Shown here: in pieces, positions 26,109 through 39,699 of the stretch
Numbering within the stretch: position 1 is the first letter of the stretch
Layout: each line of letters starts with the position of its first letter
Assembly (NCBI GenBank): GCA_003693705.1
Contig: RBZT01000435.1
Location: 248,001-312,000, forward strand
Length of the DNA stretch: 64,000 bases
Direction: 5' to 3'
Source of the DNA: Polymyxa betae A26-41
Taxonomy: Eukaryota > Protista > Endomyxa: Phytomyxea
Translations under genes and position numbers: made by a program
The notes under the pieces: model-generated
The model's input: only the letters and a program-made list of their open reading frames with translations
Databases searched by the model: none
What the model was told of the DNA's origin: nothing

Positions 26109-28197
26109 TCAGAGTGGAATAGTTGATATGAAAACTGAGAACCTCTCTGGTGGTGGTTTCTTTAGCCATGCCATGTTGATATCATATGCAGAACCGCATT
26201 GCATTAACCTCTTATAGCTTTCACGTGATACTGGTCCTATTTTCGGCACAGATCGGGAGTGATTGAGCAAGGATAGTCTTAAACTCTTGAGCGTTCGATT
26301 CGACCTCAATGTTGCGTTCGATTTGCTGTTGTGCAATGTTTGTTCTTCCTCCGCATCGAGTTCATCCAATCTTTCTAAAGAAAAAATTAGGATGAACGGG
26401 AACCTAGCCGAAACCCATTTACCGAATCCGGGATCCTTCTGTTTTGCAGCCACAGGTTTAGGAGAAGCTGATCTAGGATGCCTTGGGGGGTGGGGATGTT
26501 CAGGCATCGATAAGCCGAACTCTCTCATGATGGTTTGAGGGTTGAACTGGCCGTTCAGCTTGATGTGTTCAAGTTTCATTGCCAATTCCTCCTTCTTTCG
26601 CCTCGCGCCCATGGCTAACTTTCGTCTACGTGAATGAGCAGTTAGCAAAGAACGCAAGGTTTTTTAAACGAAAAGTAACCCAAACTCAATTCTAAAGTTG
26701 AGGGAATGAAAAGGTTACCTCTGCTCGATGAGTTTCTTGGACTTCCTTTTAACAGCTTCAGTAATCTGATTCTCCAGTTCGATTCGCTGGCGAATCATCA
26801 TGCAGCGATACTCGTGAGCACGTTGCTGCCGTTGAATAGTCTCGATTCGTTCTAGTTTCTGCATCCGCTCCAGTTCGCGAATGCGTTGCGTTTCCCGCTG
26901 CCGCTCACGTTGCAGTTCAGCCTGATGTTGCTGTTCAGCAGCCTCCTAGTTTGATTATTTAGCGCAATTCGAGAGACAGATCAGTAAGCTACCTTCTCAG
27001 CGAAAGCTTTCTTTCTAGCTTCGTACTTGTCAATGTTAGCCTGAAGAGTCGCTTTGACCTTTCGCATGTGGTTCTGACTCTCCTCAACCGTTTTTTGGAT
27101 TTGAAGGTTTCTTTCAGCTTCAAATCTGGCACGACGGCGTTTAGCTTTGGCATTCTTCCGTTCGAAATCCCGTTTCTTTTGTTCAAGAATCAATTGCTCT
27201 TTTGTTTTCGCTTGTTCAACGCGCGCTTTCAATGCTTCAGCTTGCGCTCGGTGCGTTTCTATTTCTTGCTGGCGTTTTTTTGCTATTGCTTCCAACTTCC
27301 GTTTTTCGCGATCCTCCAGAATTAATTCGCGCTCGTAGGCGGCTCGCTCATGTTCAGCCTGCAGAGAATTTGGGCATGGGATCCTCTAACGTGGCTTCTC
27401 TAACCTGCATTTGTTGAAGCATCGTTTCTCTTTCCTTTTGTTTTCGCCGGCGTTCAAGTTCTTTCTGTTGAGCCAAAGCCTTTCGCTTCTTTTGTTCTTC
27501 GATTTCCTTCTTCTTCATAAGCTGCGCTTCTTCAAATTCTCTTTGTGCGATCTCCTCTGAGGGAATCGACAATTAGAATAGAGATGAAAAGGCGAATTTT
27601 TTACCTTGTCGCCTCAACTCTGCTAGTTCTTCTTGATATTTCTGCTCCTCTACAAGCAGTCAGGCATTATAACCTGAAAAACCTGGTTTGGATACCTTTC
27701 AATTTCCGTTGTCTTTCCCATTCTTTGGCATGTTCAGCTTTTTCCAGTGCACGCTTCTCTTCCAGAGCGAGCTCTTTTGCTCTCTTGGCCTCATTCATCA
27801 TTGCAATCTCTTGCATCTTGATTTCGTACTCAATGAATTGTTGCAGTTCTTTATGTTGGGCTTCTTCTAATTTTTTCAGTCGGGCCCTCTCTCGCGCAGC
27901 AAAATCTTGTGTGGAATGCTGATTCTGAGCCTCTACGACTCCGTTCCTTTTTGCCGCTTTCCTTCTTTCTTCTCGTTGAACTTCCTCTATGACTTTCTCC
28001 CGTTCGCTTATTATCTCATTTATGAACTCTTCTCTTTTTCGATCGTAATGCTGTTTACGCATCTCTTGAAATTCCAGCAGCAGATTCTCTTCAGCAAACG
28101 ATGCCAGATTTCGCGGCTGAATTCCTGATTCTAGAATACCAAGGCGATTCATCGCCTCTTTTGTTCGCGGCGATTGAGGGTTAATTTTACTCGACAT
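26109..28197 (-). CDS. Long K/E/R/Q-rich coiled-coil protein, multi-exon
   Basis: INPQSPRTKEAMNRLGI start and successive coiled-coil exons. Confidence 0.7.
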
Positions 28198-28664
28198 TTT
28201 GCGAGTATTTGCAGCAGATGAAACGTCAGAATCGACGTTGTACAATAGCTCAGTATGAAAGTCTGGTCTTGTAAACGGCACACGCCATTAACATTTCAAT
28301 CATAATCGAAATCTGAATGAATTCAATACATTTTTGGGCAAAATGATGGAAAATCAAGAGCCGGTTTTTGATCTCAACTTTGGCTTGGAGGCAGCAGGTG
28401 ACATCTATAAATAGATTTTCTGCTCAATCCCGTTTTAAGTACAACTTGCTGTCGACAATTGGTCATGCACGCCGGACGCCAAGATGGAGATCTGCAGTTG
28501 ACCAGAACCGTTTAAAAGTCAACGTCTCGCTTTTGGCAGGCGCAGAATCGGGAGTGGAGCCATCTGTGTGCTTTGCCTCGTCATTGTGGGTATCGCTGTG
28601 GCCTGTGGTCAAGGGGTTGCGTCCTACTGGGCGTAAGATTCCCTATCGCCTAGCTAGCAGAGCG

Positions 28665-30793
28665 ATGACAGATCCAGACATACTTCATGAATTGAGGCTG
28701 CTTGCTGACCTGGGCCAGAATCTGCATCGTCTGCAGGCCGTCCACGATGGCCTACAGAGCTCTCTGTCTGCGGCGTTGCTGGATTCGGGGCCTGTCCCAA
28801 AATCCGTTTTGGAAGCTGCTCTGCATTTAGACTATGCGAACGATGTTCTTAGGAAAAAGTTGGCCCTGGAATGTGAGGAAAAACGAAACCATATGGTATG
28901 GTTAGCTTTTTCGTCTTCTATAATGCTAACGTCTTTGTTAGATCCGCAGCTGTAAATCCCGATTCGACACTTCATTCATCGTTCAATTAGAAAATGCCTT
29001 TCAATTAGATTGGTACTCAAGCTCCTATGCCGTTTTGCATGGAGCCGAACCAAGAATCCCTGATGGGTCTGGTCCCGCTGTTGAAGATAACGTCTGCAAA
29101 TGGGGGTTCGATCGCGATCTCAAAGAGCAAATTGTATGTGCACTTTTCTGGTTTTATCAGATTTGCTGAAGGCTGGTTGAAGCTTGACGCATTGCAACCG
29201 GCCTCCGATCATCTTGATAGTGGCGAAAGAATAGAGGATACCGACTCTCATTTTCAAGAAAGTACATCTTCTGTTTCTGCTTCTTTCAGAAGCCTCAGTC
29301 TGCAAGAAGCTCCTAAAAGAAGCTCCCATGTGCGAGATACGCCATTTGATTATGGGTTTCCGCAGGAAGCTTCTCCTTACCGATTCGATGGGGAGCCGGA
29401 ATCTTCAATTTTGTTGCAGCCTTTAAGTCCAGGTTCCGGGAATGAATCAATTAAAGCTGGAAGCCTGCATCAACTAATTGAGCGCCTGACCGATGATAAG
29501 ACACAGGATCTTAATCTGAGATTCGTGTTTCTGCTCACTTATCACTCGTTCACTTCCTCAAGTGAGTTCCTCGATCTTCTAGTGGAGCGCTATTGCCTAC
29601 CTCCTCCTCCAAACGCTACGCCAAATGAAGTTGTTTATTTCCAAAATAGTAATGCTAATTTCGATTGCAGCATTCTGCTCTAAATTCCTTTCCAGACAAA
29701 AGGAAAGGGATTCGACTAAAAATTTTCAGCGTATTGAAAAAATGGGTAGAAGATCACTATGCCGATTTTTTCCAAGATGATGATCTAAACACCCGCCTAA
29801 AGGATCTTCTGAGAACATGTTTCGCTGTACAAGTTGATTTTTGCTTGTTTATGCATAATCTCAATTCGATTGCAGGACGAACCATGGTCCCGCAAGTTAT
29901 CAGCTACTATTCTGAATGTTATCCAGAAGCAAGAGTCAGGAAGCTCTAGAAATACTCTTTTAGATTTCGAACATCGCGCTCCATCTCCTGAATTTCGCTG
30001 TTTCGCTTCTGTCGATGAGATTGAGTCCAAATTCACTGATATATCACCATTAGAAATCGCCCGGCAACTCTGTATATCTGATTTCGAAGTATTTTGTCGG
30101 ATTGAGTCCCGCGAGTGTTTAAATCAGGTAACTAGCTTGGGCTTTTATTATATTCCCTGATCCTGACGATGTAGAAAGGCATGGTCGAAGCCTAATCGGA
30201 ATTCGCAAGCCCCTAATATCATGAGAATGATCCAACGATTTAACCATGTCTCTCAATGGAGTCAGTGGGTGGTTTTAAATGCTCCAACAAGGTCTCAGCG
30301 TCAGCTCTGTCTTCGGCAAATGATCAAGATTGGGGAACGTTGCTTGGCTTTGAATAACTTCACCTCTGCATGTGCCATATATGCTGGTTTGGAATCAAAT
30401 CCGGTGTATCGATTAAGGAACGTTTGGGAGGCTCTTCCGTCTAAAATTGTCAAATTATACGAAGCTTTGCAGGGCACCTTCAAATCCGACTCGAAGACCA
30501 AACAGCACTTTAGGACGATACTGCAAGAAGCCATCCCACCGTGCATACCTCATCTTGGGCTGTTCTTGTCCGACTTAACGTTTATTGAAGATGGAAATTC
30601 AGACGAGATAGGTGGGCTCATTAACTTTTCGAAGCGAAGAAAGCTTAGTGAAAGGATAATGTGGATAAAGCAATATCAGCAAGTTGGCTACCAGCTAACT
30701 AAAGTTCCCGTGCTGCAAGAATATCTCCAACGTTCTCTCATCCTTCGTAGCGATGATGAGTTGTACAGTTTAAGCAAGCAAATAAAACCGTAA
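28665..30793 (+). CDS. Ras guanine nucleotide exchange factor (REM + CDC25 domains)
   Basis: IKAGSLHQLIERL, FLLTYHSF, VLKKWVEDHYADF, EIARQLC, LNNFTS, PPCIPHLGLFLSDLTFIEDGN, INFSKRR. Confidence 0.93.
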
Positions 30794-30947
30794 CTATTTA
30801 TTTATGCTACGATTTGCATCGAAACTGACCGGAATGATTCATGTTCGTGAATCATCATCCCTTTCAGATGGTTTTAAACATCAGCAGATATCACAAAGAA
30901 AACCAGTTTCTAGAGGATATTTGTCGCCATAAGGCCAGCAGTAGCCG

Positions 30948-32270
30948 ATGGCAACTGTTACATTTTATTACCTAGCAACAATCATGATGGTGGCAATGGC
31001 CACAGCCGATTATAAGATGCTTGGGATTGCTCCTGAAGGGACCCAGCTGCTAATTGAATGCCAACCTGGCAACAATATGACTACTATTGTCTCTGCAACT
31101 TATGGGGTCGCCAACTGTTCAACCAAGAACGTGATGGAAATAGTTGCACCGTTATGCCTTGGCGTGCCTTCTTGCAGCATTCGTGTTGACGACCGAATGT
31201 TTGGAGCTGACAATCGTTGCCAAGGGCAGAAGAAAAACCTTACTGTCGAAGCTATGTGCTCGGAGAAGCCTTCGTTAGCTTCTGAACCGCAGCCTCCAGC
31301 AATCGCAGAGTATCTCTCATTCGGTATGGTTCAGCGGCTTGCCTCAATTGACGGATTGCAACTATCGGAAAATGATGTTCGCGCGCATTTCGATGCTTGT
31401 GATCATGATCATGACGATAGAATTAGCGATTCCGAAATCGACGAACTACTTCGACGTTTGAACCGTGGCAATGGTGAGGTCAAAAGCGATGAGCCTAAAC
31501 ATAAGAGTGAAAAACCTAAGAGCGACAAGGGCGTTATCACAAATTCAACGCTAAACAATTCACCCAGCGACAATACATCAGCCGGGCGACTTCATGAGCT
31601 GATTGATACGCTATCCAGACTGTCGGATGATATCAAGACCTTGCTGAAAGGCAACAAGACTGTATCGCCTGCTTCAAACGCTGGCAACACGACTCCATCA
31701 CCTGCTCCGAATGGATCTATCACTGCTCTATCACCGGCTCGAAATGGTGGTAATACAACCGCCGATAACGAAAGCCAAAAACGTCTTGCTTTCCAGAAAA
31801 TGATGTCGCCACCTCCGACGACTGCAATGATACTAACTTCACCACCTCCTATGCCAAAAAAGCAACAGGGTGCACCTAAGAACAGCTCGAGCGTTTTCAC
31901 CTCCAGAGATGTGATCTTGACGAACGGATCTGGCGGTGGCAACGACACCGATCCATTCTCGACACGAACCGTCGTCTACATTCCAACTGGGCAAAGTCGC
32001 AAGCTGCTGTGCTCAGGCCTGATCACCAGTGTCTGGTTCTCAACCTACTGGTGGCCCGACAGTCCGGTGACCGAGCACATTAGTCAGGAGCCGGAATGCA
32101 AACACGAGGAGGATGTGGCTTTGGAGGCCTTGAAACAAATGTGTCTACAGAAACCAGACTGTACGGTAACAACTCCTGCGGCCACCTTAAGCAACAAATG
32201 CCCACTATCGTTGAAATACGTAACGGTTGCCTACAAATGTACGATATCACCTGCGAAATTGCCACAATAA
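30948..32270 (+). CDS. Secreted protein with two SUEL/Gal-lectin-like domains, an EF-hand-like loop and a P/S/T/N-rich linker
   Basis: Signal-peptide-like N-terminus, IVSATYG..C..CLGVPSCSI..FG..C..L.V..C, DHDHDDRISDSE, second Cys-rich lectin-like domain. Intronless. Confidence 0.75.
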   Translation: MATVTFYYLATIMMVAMATADYKMLGIAPEGTQLLIECQPGNNMTTIVSATYGVANCSTKNVMEIVAPLCLGVPSCSIRVDDRMFGADNRCQGQKKNLTVEAMCSEKPSLASEPQPPAIAEYLSFGMVQRLASIDGLQLSENDVRAHFDACDHDHDDRISDSEIDELLRRLNRGNGEVKSDEPKHKSEKPKSDKGVITNSTLNNSPSDNTSAGRLHELIDTLSRLSDDIKTLLKGNKTVSPASNAGNTTPSPAPNGSITALSPARNGGNTTADNESQKRLAFQKMMSPPPTTAMILTSPPPMPKKQQGAPKNSSSVFTSRDVILTNGSGGGNDTDPFSTRTVVYIPTGQSRKLLCSGLITSVWFSTYWWPDSPVTEHISQEPECKHEEDVALEALKQMCLQKPDCTVTTPAATLSNKCPLSLKYVTVAYKCTISPAKLPQ

Positions 32271-32478
32271 ACGTAGTTTATCATTGTTTGAAACATTGAT
32301 GTTTCAAGGTGCTTTTCGAATCAGTTATTCAAACCTTTTACCAGTAGCGAACCGATTATATCGAATGCAATAATATGGTAAAGCTTGAACCGAGATACGA
32401 AGACCCAATTCGGGAAGTTGATAACACGTGACGAATAGTGCGAAGAGGTTGTCTTCGTCATTTTATTAAACGTTGCCA

Positions 32479-32944
32479 ATGGTACGAGCTAAAGTCAAGA
32501 AGATCCTGGCGCTGGCCAAGGGTTTTCGCGGCCGATCGAAGAACTGCTACACGATCGCCAAGCCGCGAGTCGAGAAGGCTCTCCAATATGCCTATGTCGA
32601 GCGCAAGCTGCGGAAGCGGCAGATGCGAAAGCTGTGGATTCAGCAGCTAAACGCTGGCGTTCGGCTGCATGGCGTCCGATATGGGAAGTTCGTCAATGCG
32701 TTGAACCAATCGCCAATCGAATTGGATCGGAAGATTTTGGCCCAGATCTGCCAAACAGAGCCGTTCACTTTCAAGGGTATCGTTGAGCATTTAACTTCGA
32801 CCTATAAGATCCCGCGAATGGAAGATATTCGAAGGTTCCTTTCAAGCGTGTTTACTTTGCTATGGTTTAGTTATTGCCAACAGGGACGAAATTCAACATG
32901 GTCTTGTTGCCTCAACTTTCCGCCCGGCTGCTGTTCATTTGTAA
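32479..32944 (+). CDS. MRPL20: Mitochondrial ribosomal protein bL20
   Basis: KKILALAKGFRGRSKNCY..KALQYAY.ERKLRKR..RKLWI..LDRKILA. One intron near 32836-32883. Confidence 0.92.
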
Positions 32945-33488
32945 TTACCTATTGTAGCATAACACTTCATCTATCACGACAAATTATAAATCCTTATTCT
33001 CATTGAACTTATAATGTGGTTTAAAAGAAGCTGTAATAGGATTTGCACGAAATATTTTTGTTTTAATGGTCGTGTCGTACAAAATTTAATCGATTTCCCT
33101 ATGACGGAAGAACAGTATTTTTGCTAAGACTCTGAAAATATGCAACATCTTTATCTATAATTCTTTTTCTTGCCAAAATCGCCCTCTTTTATTAAATCGT
33201 GCAGCGATTTAGCATCAAGGGAACTGGGTAGAGATAACGGCGCCAAATCTCCAATTCTTGTTCTGTACTTCAGTAACATGGTGACATAAATGAGTGCGCA
33301 GAATATGGATAGCCTGTGACTGACACAGCTAAGTGGCACGACACACAGTGGGTGACGTGGACGCAGCCACTTGCGCAGCAGGCGCGGGCACCCACGATCA
33401 ACGTGACCTCCCATCAGCTCATTCTGCGAGTGTCTCTCTCTTGTTTGTATCTCGTCGTTAGTCGATTCGCGTCGCGCCTCTCAGAGCC

Positions 33489-34674
33489 ATGTGTGATGAT
33501 GAAGTCCAAGCCCTAGTCGTCGACAACGGTTAGCGGCTCAGCAGCGGTAGCGCTTCGCATAGGCACTGACCCATGTTTCCCAGGATCCGGTATGGTCAAA
33601 GCCGGATTCGCTGGCGATGATGCTCCTCGAGCCGTCTTTCCCTCGATTGTCGGCCGCCCTCGGCATACCGGTATCATGGTTGGCGCTACCCAGAAGGACG
33701 CTTACGTCGGAGACGAGGCCCAAGCCAAGCGTGGTATTCTGACCTTGAAGTACCCGATTGAGCACGGTATTGTCACAAACTGGGATGACATGGAGAAGAT
33801 CTGGCACCACACCTTCTACAATGAACTTCGTGTCGCTCCTGAAGAACACCCAGTTCTATTGACTGAAGCTCCTCTGAACCCCAAGGCTAACCGAGAGAAG
33901 ATGACACAAATCATGTTCGAGACCTTCAACACCCCTGCCATGTACGTCGCTATTCAGGCTGTCCTTTCTCTGTACGCTTCTGGTCGTACTACTGGTATCG
34001 TTCTGGATTGTGGTGATGGTGTCTCGCACACTGTTCCGATCTATGAAGGTTATGCTCTGCCTCATGCCATCCTTCGTCTCGATCTGGCCGGCCGTGATTT
34101 GACTGACTACCTGATGAAGATTCTGACCGAGCGTGGTTACTCCTTCACTACGACGGCTGAACGAGAAATCGTCCGAGACATCAAGGAAAAGCTTGCTTAC
34201 TGTGCTCTTGATTTTGACACCGAGATGTCCAACTCTGAACAGTCCTCCGAAGTCGAGAAATCGTACGAACTTCCAGATGGTCAAGTCATCACTGTCGGCA
34301 ATGAGCGATTCCGGTGCCCAGAGGTTCTGTTCCAGCCTGCCTTGATCGGTCTTGAACAGGAGGGTATCCACCAGTTGACCTACCAGTCCATCATGAAATG
34401 TGATGTTGATATTCGTAAGGATCTGTACGGCAACATTGTCCTGTCAGGTGGTACTACCATGTTCGATGGCATTGCCGACCGTATCAACAAGGAAGTCACA
34501 GCCCTGGCTCCATCTTCGATCCGTGTCAAAGTTGTTGCTCCTCCAGAACGTAAATACTCTGTATGGATTGGAGGATCCATCTTGTCATCGCTATCGACGT
34601 TCCAGCAAATGTGGATCAGCAAGGACGAATACGATGAAGCCGGTCCCTCAATTGTTCACCGCAAATGTTTCTAA
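33489..34674 (+). CDS. ACT: Actin (one 5' intron)
   Basis: [14 protein letters not shown]|[18 protein letters not shown]...SIVHRKCF. Confidence 0.99.
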
Positions 34675-34837
34675 ATCCACGTTTGCTGTCTCATATACCG
34701 TGGGATTGTTCCGTTCTAATTCATTGATAAAATTGCACATTGCTCATATTCAATATTTTTGTATCCAAAGTAGCATCAAAGAATTGTCAGGGAGTGAGTA
34801 TCATAAAAAGAAATTGTCAGGATGTGAATGCTTTTAT

Positions 34838-35847
34838 TTATTCAGCGTCTATATCGTCATCACCGTCTACTTGGCGGTTTTGCATTTCGTAAGCTTCCAA
34901 TTGAGAAGCAAGCATCTTCTCATCCTTCTCAGTAACGGCACGAGCTTCTTGCTTGATGTTGATATCACCACCATGTTCAAGAATGCGCTGGCCAATGACA
35001 TCGCATACTTTCTTAATAAGAACAACGCCTTCCTCTTTGTCTAACGAAACAGTGGATATGACATACAGGGGTGGAGCGATTAATTTGATTGACAATGGAA
35101 AATCTTCAGTAGTCAGCTTTAAGCCTTCACTGAGAGCATCTTTAACAGCGTCGATTCCTGCCAAAACAAGTATTAGCAAATCAGAAAAAGAAAGCAAGAA
35201 CTAGAAGAGCAAAAATAGTCTTTACCCTCGTATCTGAAGCAAGTGACTTCGATATCCGCTCTGATCTTGACAGCTTGGGGAGTAAGACGGCGTTCTATTT
35301 GCTTCATAAGCTCTTCCCGCGTATTGGGGCTCATGTTGAGATCCGCGAAGATAGACTCGGGATCAGAAACAGCAACCTTGAAGGCATTGTAGGCATGACC
35401 GTATTTCTTGTACAGTGGCCAAGCAACGGTTTTAAGAAGCTCTTCCACCGGGATGTGAACTTTTGTGGAAACTTGACGCATGATTGAATGGACGGTCTTT
35501 GATTTGTTCCATTTCAACTCGAGCTTCTCGATATCTTCAGACGTCACACGTCGTTTGGATAAATCGATATACCCTTTCTCTTTATCGACACGAAGGACGA
35601 CAACCGCCTCAGTACGACCGACTCGGATAAGCTTATTAACCGAACGGATTCGTCGCCGGGACAGTTCGGAGAGCAAAATCATGCCTTCGACGCCGTTATA
35701 TTCTAGCAGCGAGACATAGGCCCCCATCTCAGCGATGCTTTTGACCTGAACCATGACGAGCTGGTCGACTTCAGGATACTTCTCCTCGTACATGCGACAT
35801 TGGAGATCCTGGGCTGTGAGTTCGTCATCGTTGTCAACCAGCGTCAT
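34838..35847 (-). CDS. EIF2S1: Translation initiation factor eIF2 alpha, 2 exons
   Basis: [50 protein letters not shown]. Confidence 0.98.
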
Positions 35848-36513
35848 CTTCTCCCAAGAGGAATGTTATCCGCAATAATCTCCGACAGACGGACTCCGGA
35901 ATATCTAAGAATCTATCTTCTGGAAGGGAAAATTCACATTTTATACTTGACCAGGAGTATCTCACATCTGTAAAAAATAACTAACATGTTTGCTCCTCTA
36001 AACTGAAAGCAATGCTGTGAAACAACAGGATAAAAGGTTTGATCAGAAATGAAACGTGACAATAGGTTTCATTATGTAAATTGCTGAAAATATCAGCTAC
36101 TGACTACTGTAATTCTTTTATAACTCTTAAATCAGTCTGTGCGCCAAAATACTTTGGCTTGCTGAGTATGTAAGCAGGCCATCATATATTACAGAAACAG
36201 CAGGATAGCTTGGTTTACGAAAGTTCAAATGAGTTTCCACTTTGAATTTGCCGAGCTAAATCAAATTCCACAAATGGCGAATGTCAAGGAATAAGAAGAA
36301 CTGAGTTCAGATGTTCTCAAGCATGGGGTTTCGGTGAGTATGCCTGAGAGCTTTCGAATCTCATCTTTAGATAGTGATCAGACTATGAGAGAGAGGGAGC
36401 TTATAGACCAGAGAGCAAAATGATAACAGGTTCCGCAGTAATGAGAAACAAAGTCGGTTCGAATTTCTACCTGAGTCTGTTATATGATTTTGGCGGGCAC
36501 TATTCAAATTTCT

Positions 36514-37827
36514 ATGATGCGCCATTCTGGCAAGCGTCCGCCGAGCTTAGGACAGAATCGCACCGATGCTGCCGAAACGTCCTCTAGCGCCGCTAACTTC
36601 AGCTTTGAATCGCCGATCTTGCTGGCTCAAACCAGCTCTGCTCTCGCGAAGGCCTGCGACCTGGTCGACTTAACGCTCGATTCCGAGAACGACCCCAGGG
36701 TGAAGGCGATCGAATGTGAGATATCCGAAGACGAGGTGATAGAGATTCACAGCTCACAAACCGAGAAACCGGTGGTTAATGACCCCAATCAATACGACGA
36801 AGAATTCGCCGATCTTGACGATTTCGATCTCTTAGCCTATGCTTCTGAGCGAGCTTCAGGCCATATAAGTAAGCTTGTAGTGGGTTTTCCGATGGGATTT
36901 TGAAACGGATTAAGGACAAGGTCACTTTACTGCTGTTGAAGAATCCGTCAATTTTGGAAATTACAACGAACAACGATTTGTAGATTCTCAGCTTTCTGCT
37001 CCAACGGGTTCTATCAATTCAGGTAATCTACAAGCTGCGCATGAGGTGTGCTCTGAGTTTTCTCAGACAATGGTTATTACAATGAGCACGATACAAACTA
37101 CAATTATGGCTCTGCAGATTACAATGATGGTTACAGAGACAACAATTTTGTTTCCACCAGGACACCGAATTCTCAGAACCAAAATCAACATCTCATCGAC
37201 TCAAATATAGGGTTTGCTCTAGATTAAAACCAGAAGATTTTAATAACCGCCCATTTGTAGAGGAGGTCAATTCGATTCATTCAGGACACCGAGTTTTTCA
37301 AACCAGGATGGAGAAATCGCCCAACCTGTTATTAGGTCTGTTGTTGGATATATGCAAGAGACGCGTGTTAAAATGTTCTCTATAGAGATAACAAGATGGA
37401 TCCGATCGCACCATATGATCATCAAAGCTACCATGATCGTGGCTTCACAGATTTCGAAAGAAGTTATTATATAGAAAGGAGGGCTCCATTAACCGAAGTA
37501 ACCAATTTTCAAACACCACCAGCTGCGCCACCAATGTCTAGATCATATTCGGCTCCAAGGTATTAGTGAATTTTATTATTGGGGCGTGTGCTGATTTCTA
37601 ACAGAGGGTCTGATGTTGTAAATAATCGATCGAGACTGCCCCCGGCACCCAGATCAGCACCTACAAACAGCAAGAAGTATTGGCGGAAGAGAAGCCATTA
37701 TAAACAAGCTGGGGGTAAGCGAGGGGGAGACGGATCACGAAAATCAGTAAAAACTCTGGCAGCACGATCTCCAGTAACAAAGCAAGAGATAATGGAAAGG
37801 ATAAATAAATATGGAATGGAGATGTAG
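36514..37827 (+). CDS. Uncharacterised low-complexity multi-exon protein with basic C-terminus
   Basis: Coding-like exons separated by ~50-nt GT-AG introns. No domain recognised. Confidence 0.55.
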
Positions 37828-38208
37828 CTCGAATGCAACAGCTCGCTAGTTCGCTGTTGGTGCTGGAATGATGAGTTTGCAGTGTCTTTATAGAATTATA
37901 GCTCACGCCAACATTTATGGCTGGCCTGGCAGCATTCAACCACTCAAAACACCTCACGATGCAATCTTTGGAGATCTTATCCGCCAAAATAAATTCTGTA
38001 AGGACCCTGCTATACAACGATTGCCTGTATAGTCTATAATGTAGGCTTATGCACGCCATCCCATGGGACATTTCATTTGATTTTCTACTATGGCATAGCG
38101 AATGCAAATGAAAGGACAAAAAGCGATAAAATTGCACATTTTTTGTTCGGAGTCCGTGGCGGAAATATTCCGATTGATTACTGATTTTCTGCCATCTCGC
38201 TGCTAAAA

Positions 38209-39569
38209 ATGAAGGAACCCGCTAACGATCAACCGTCGTCATGCACGGTTCGATTTGTGACGAAACTACCTGAGGTGGTCCCCGACCAAGGTCTTGCTGT
38301 TCCCAGCACTCTATCGGTTGATGGACTCAGCGACCTCGTTAATCATCTCGTCGATCAAGGTTCGTCGTTTTCTAACTTTTAAATTACACAACTTGTAAAC
38401 ATTTAACTTCAGTGGTATCTTTTCGCCAAATTTCAGTGTCTGGTTTTAATTCAGTTGAGAGCTGAAATTGAATCTCTAATGTAGATTCACCAATCGATTA
38501 CGATTTCCTGATCGAAGGCGAATTCCTTCGCACGTCGCTTGCCGACTACATCACCGCCGCCAACCTGTCCTTCGAATCCGTCCTGACGCTGGAATACACG
38601 CATCGGCATCCCGCTCCGGAGCCGGAATCACGCCTTCCGCACCCCGATTGGATCTCATGCCTGGCCATCACCGGGTCGGTGATCTACACCGGCTGCTACG
38701 ACAACACCATCAGACAATGGACCTCCAGCTCAGACAAGCCGCAGCGCCAGCTGATCGTCCATACAGGGCCCGTGAAGTGCCTGGCGGTCTCGTCGACGAC
38801 TCTCCTGACTGGCTCCAAAGACAACACCGTTCGTCTCTGGTCGCTTGATGATATGTCTCCGATTGCGATCGGGTCGCAACATGACGACTCGGTGGAATCG
38901 GTGGCATTCTGCCCTTCTAGACAGGATTTATTCGTCTCTGGATCGTGGCATCACACCATTCGGTTATGGGGTGTTGGGAAAGGCCGCGCCGCCCCAGTTG
39001 TAAAAAAATCGAAGTCGAAACGTGGTTCAGAGACGACCCAGACGGCGCTTATTGAGCGCTCTTGCTTGAGCAACGTCCATAGCCAGACCGTCTCTGATCT
39101 ATGCTGGCCGGATGCCGATACGATTTATTCGGTGTCCTGGGATCGGACGCTGTGCCGAATCGACGTCAATGAAGGCACCGTCGTCCAGACCAGGACGCTG
39201 ACCGACGCAGCATCCAGTGTCGCTTTCAGCAGCAGCGCTAACCTGATCGCGGTTGGGCATGCGGATCGGGCGGTCCGCCTCTACGATCCAAGGCTGCCGG
39301 GCGCTCCTGCCAAACTGCTTCGTGGTCATCAGGGCTGGGTTTCGGATCTGGCCTGGGCGCCGGGATCCGCCACAATGTTGGCGTCGAGCTCGTACGATTG
39401 CACGTTGAAGGTCTGGGACGTTCGCAGCACGACGCCGCTGCACACGTTGAAAGCGGATACTGGGGCGGCCGGCGCCAAGACGTTGTGTGTTGATTGGTCG
39501 AAGGATGGCGTCATTGCGTGCGGTGGTACTGATGGCCAGCTGCGTCTGCATCGATCGAAGGCGTGCTGA
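38209..39569 (+). CDS. WDR12: Ribosome biogenesis protein WDR12/Ytm1 (NLE + WD40)
   Basis: VRFVTK..GLSDLVNHL|..YDFLIEGEFLRTSL..ESVLTLEY, HPDWIS, then WD40 repeats. Confidence 0.93.
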
Positions 39570-39699
39570 TCATGAATTAAACCAGTGTTTATTGCAGCTG
39601 GAGTCTGTTCGTTTTATTCTGGATAATTAAGCGTGAATGTTACTGCTGCACGTTGATATAGAAGCTTTGAAATATAAAATAAGTAGATTTACAGTAAAG

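Noticed and set aside
33538-34622. Antisense ORFs over actin and other conserved genes
   Set aside because: Shadow ORFs caused by codon bias.
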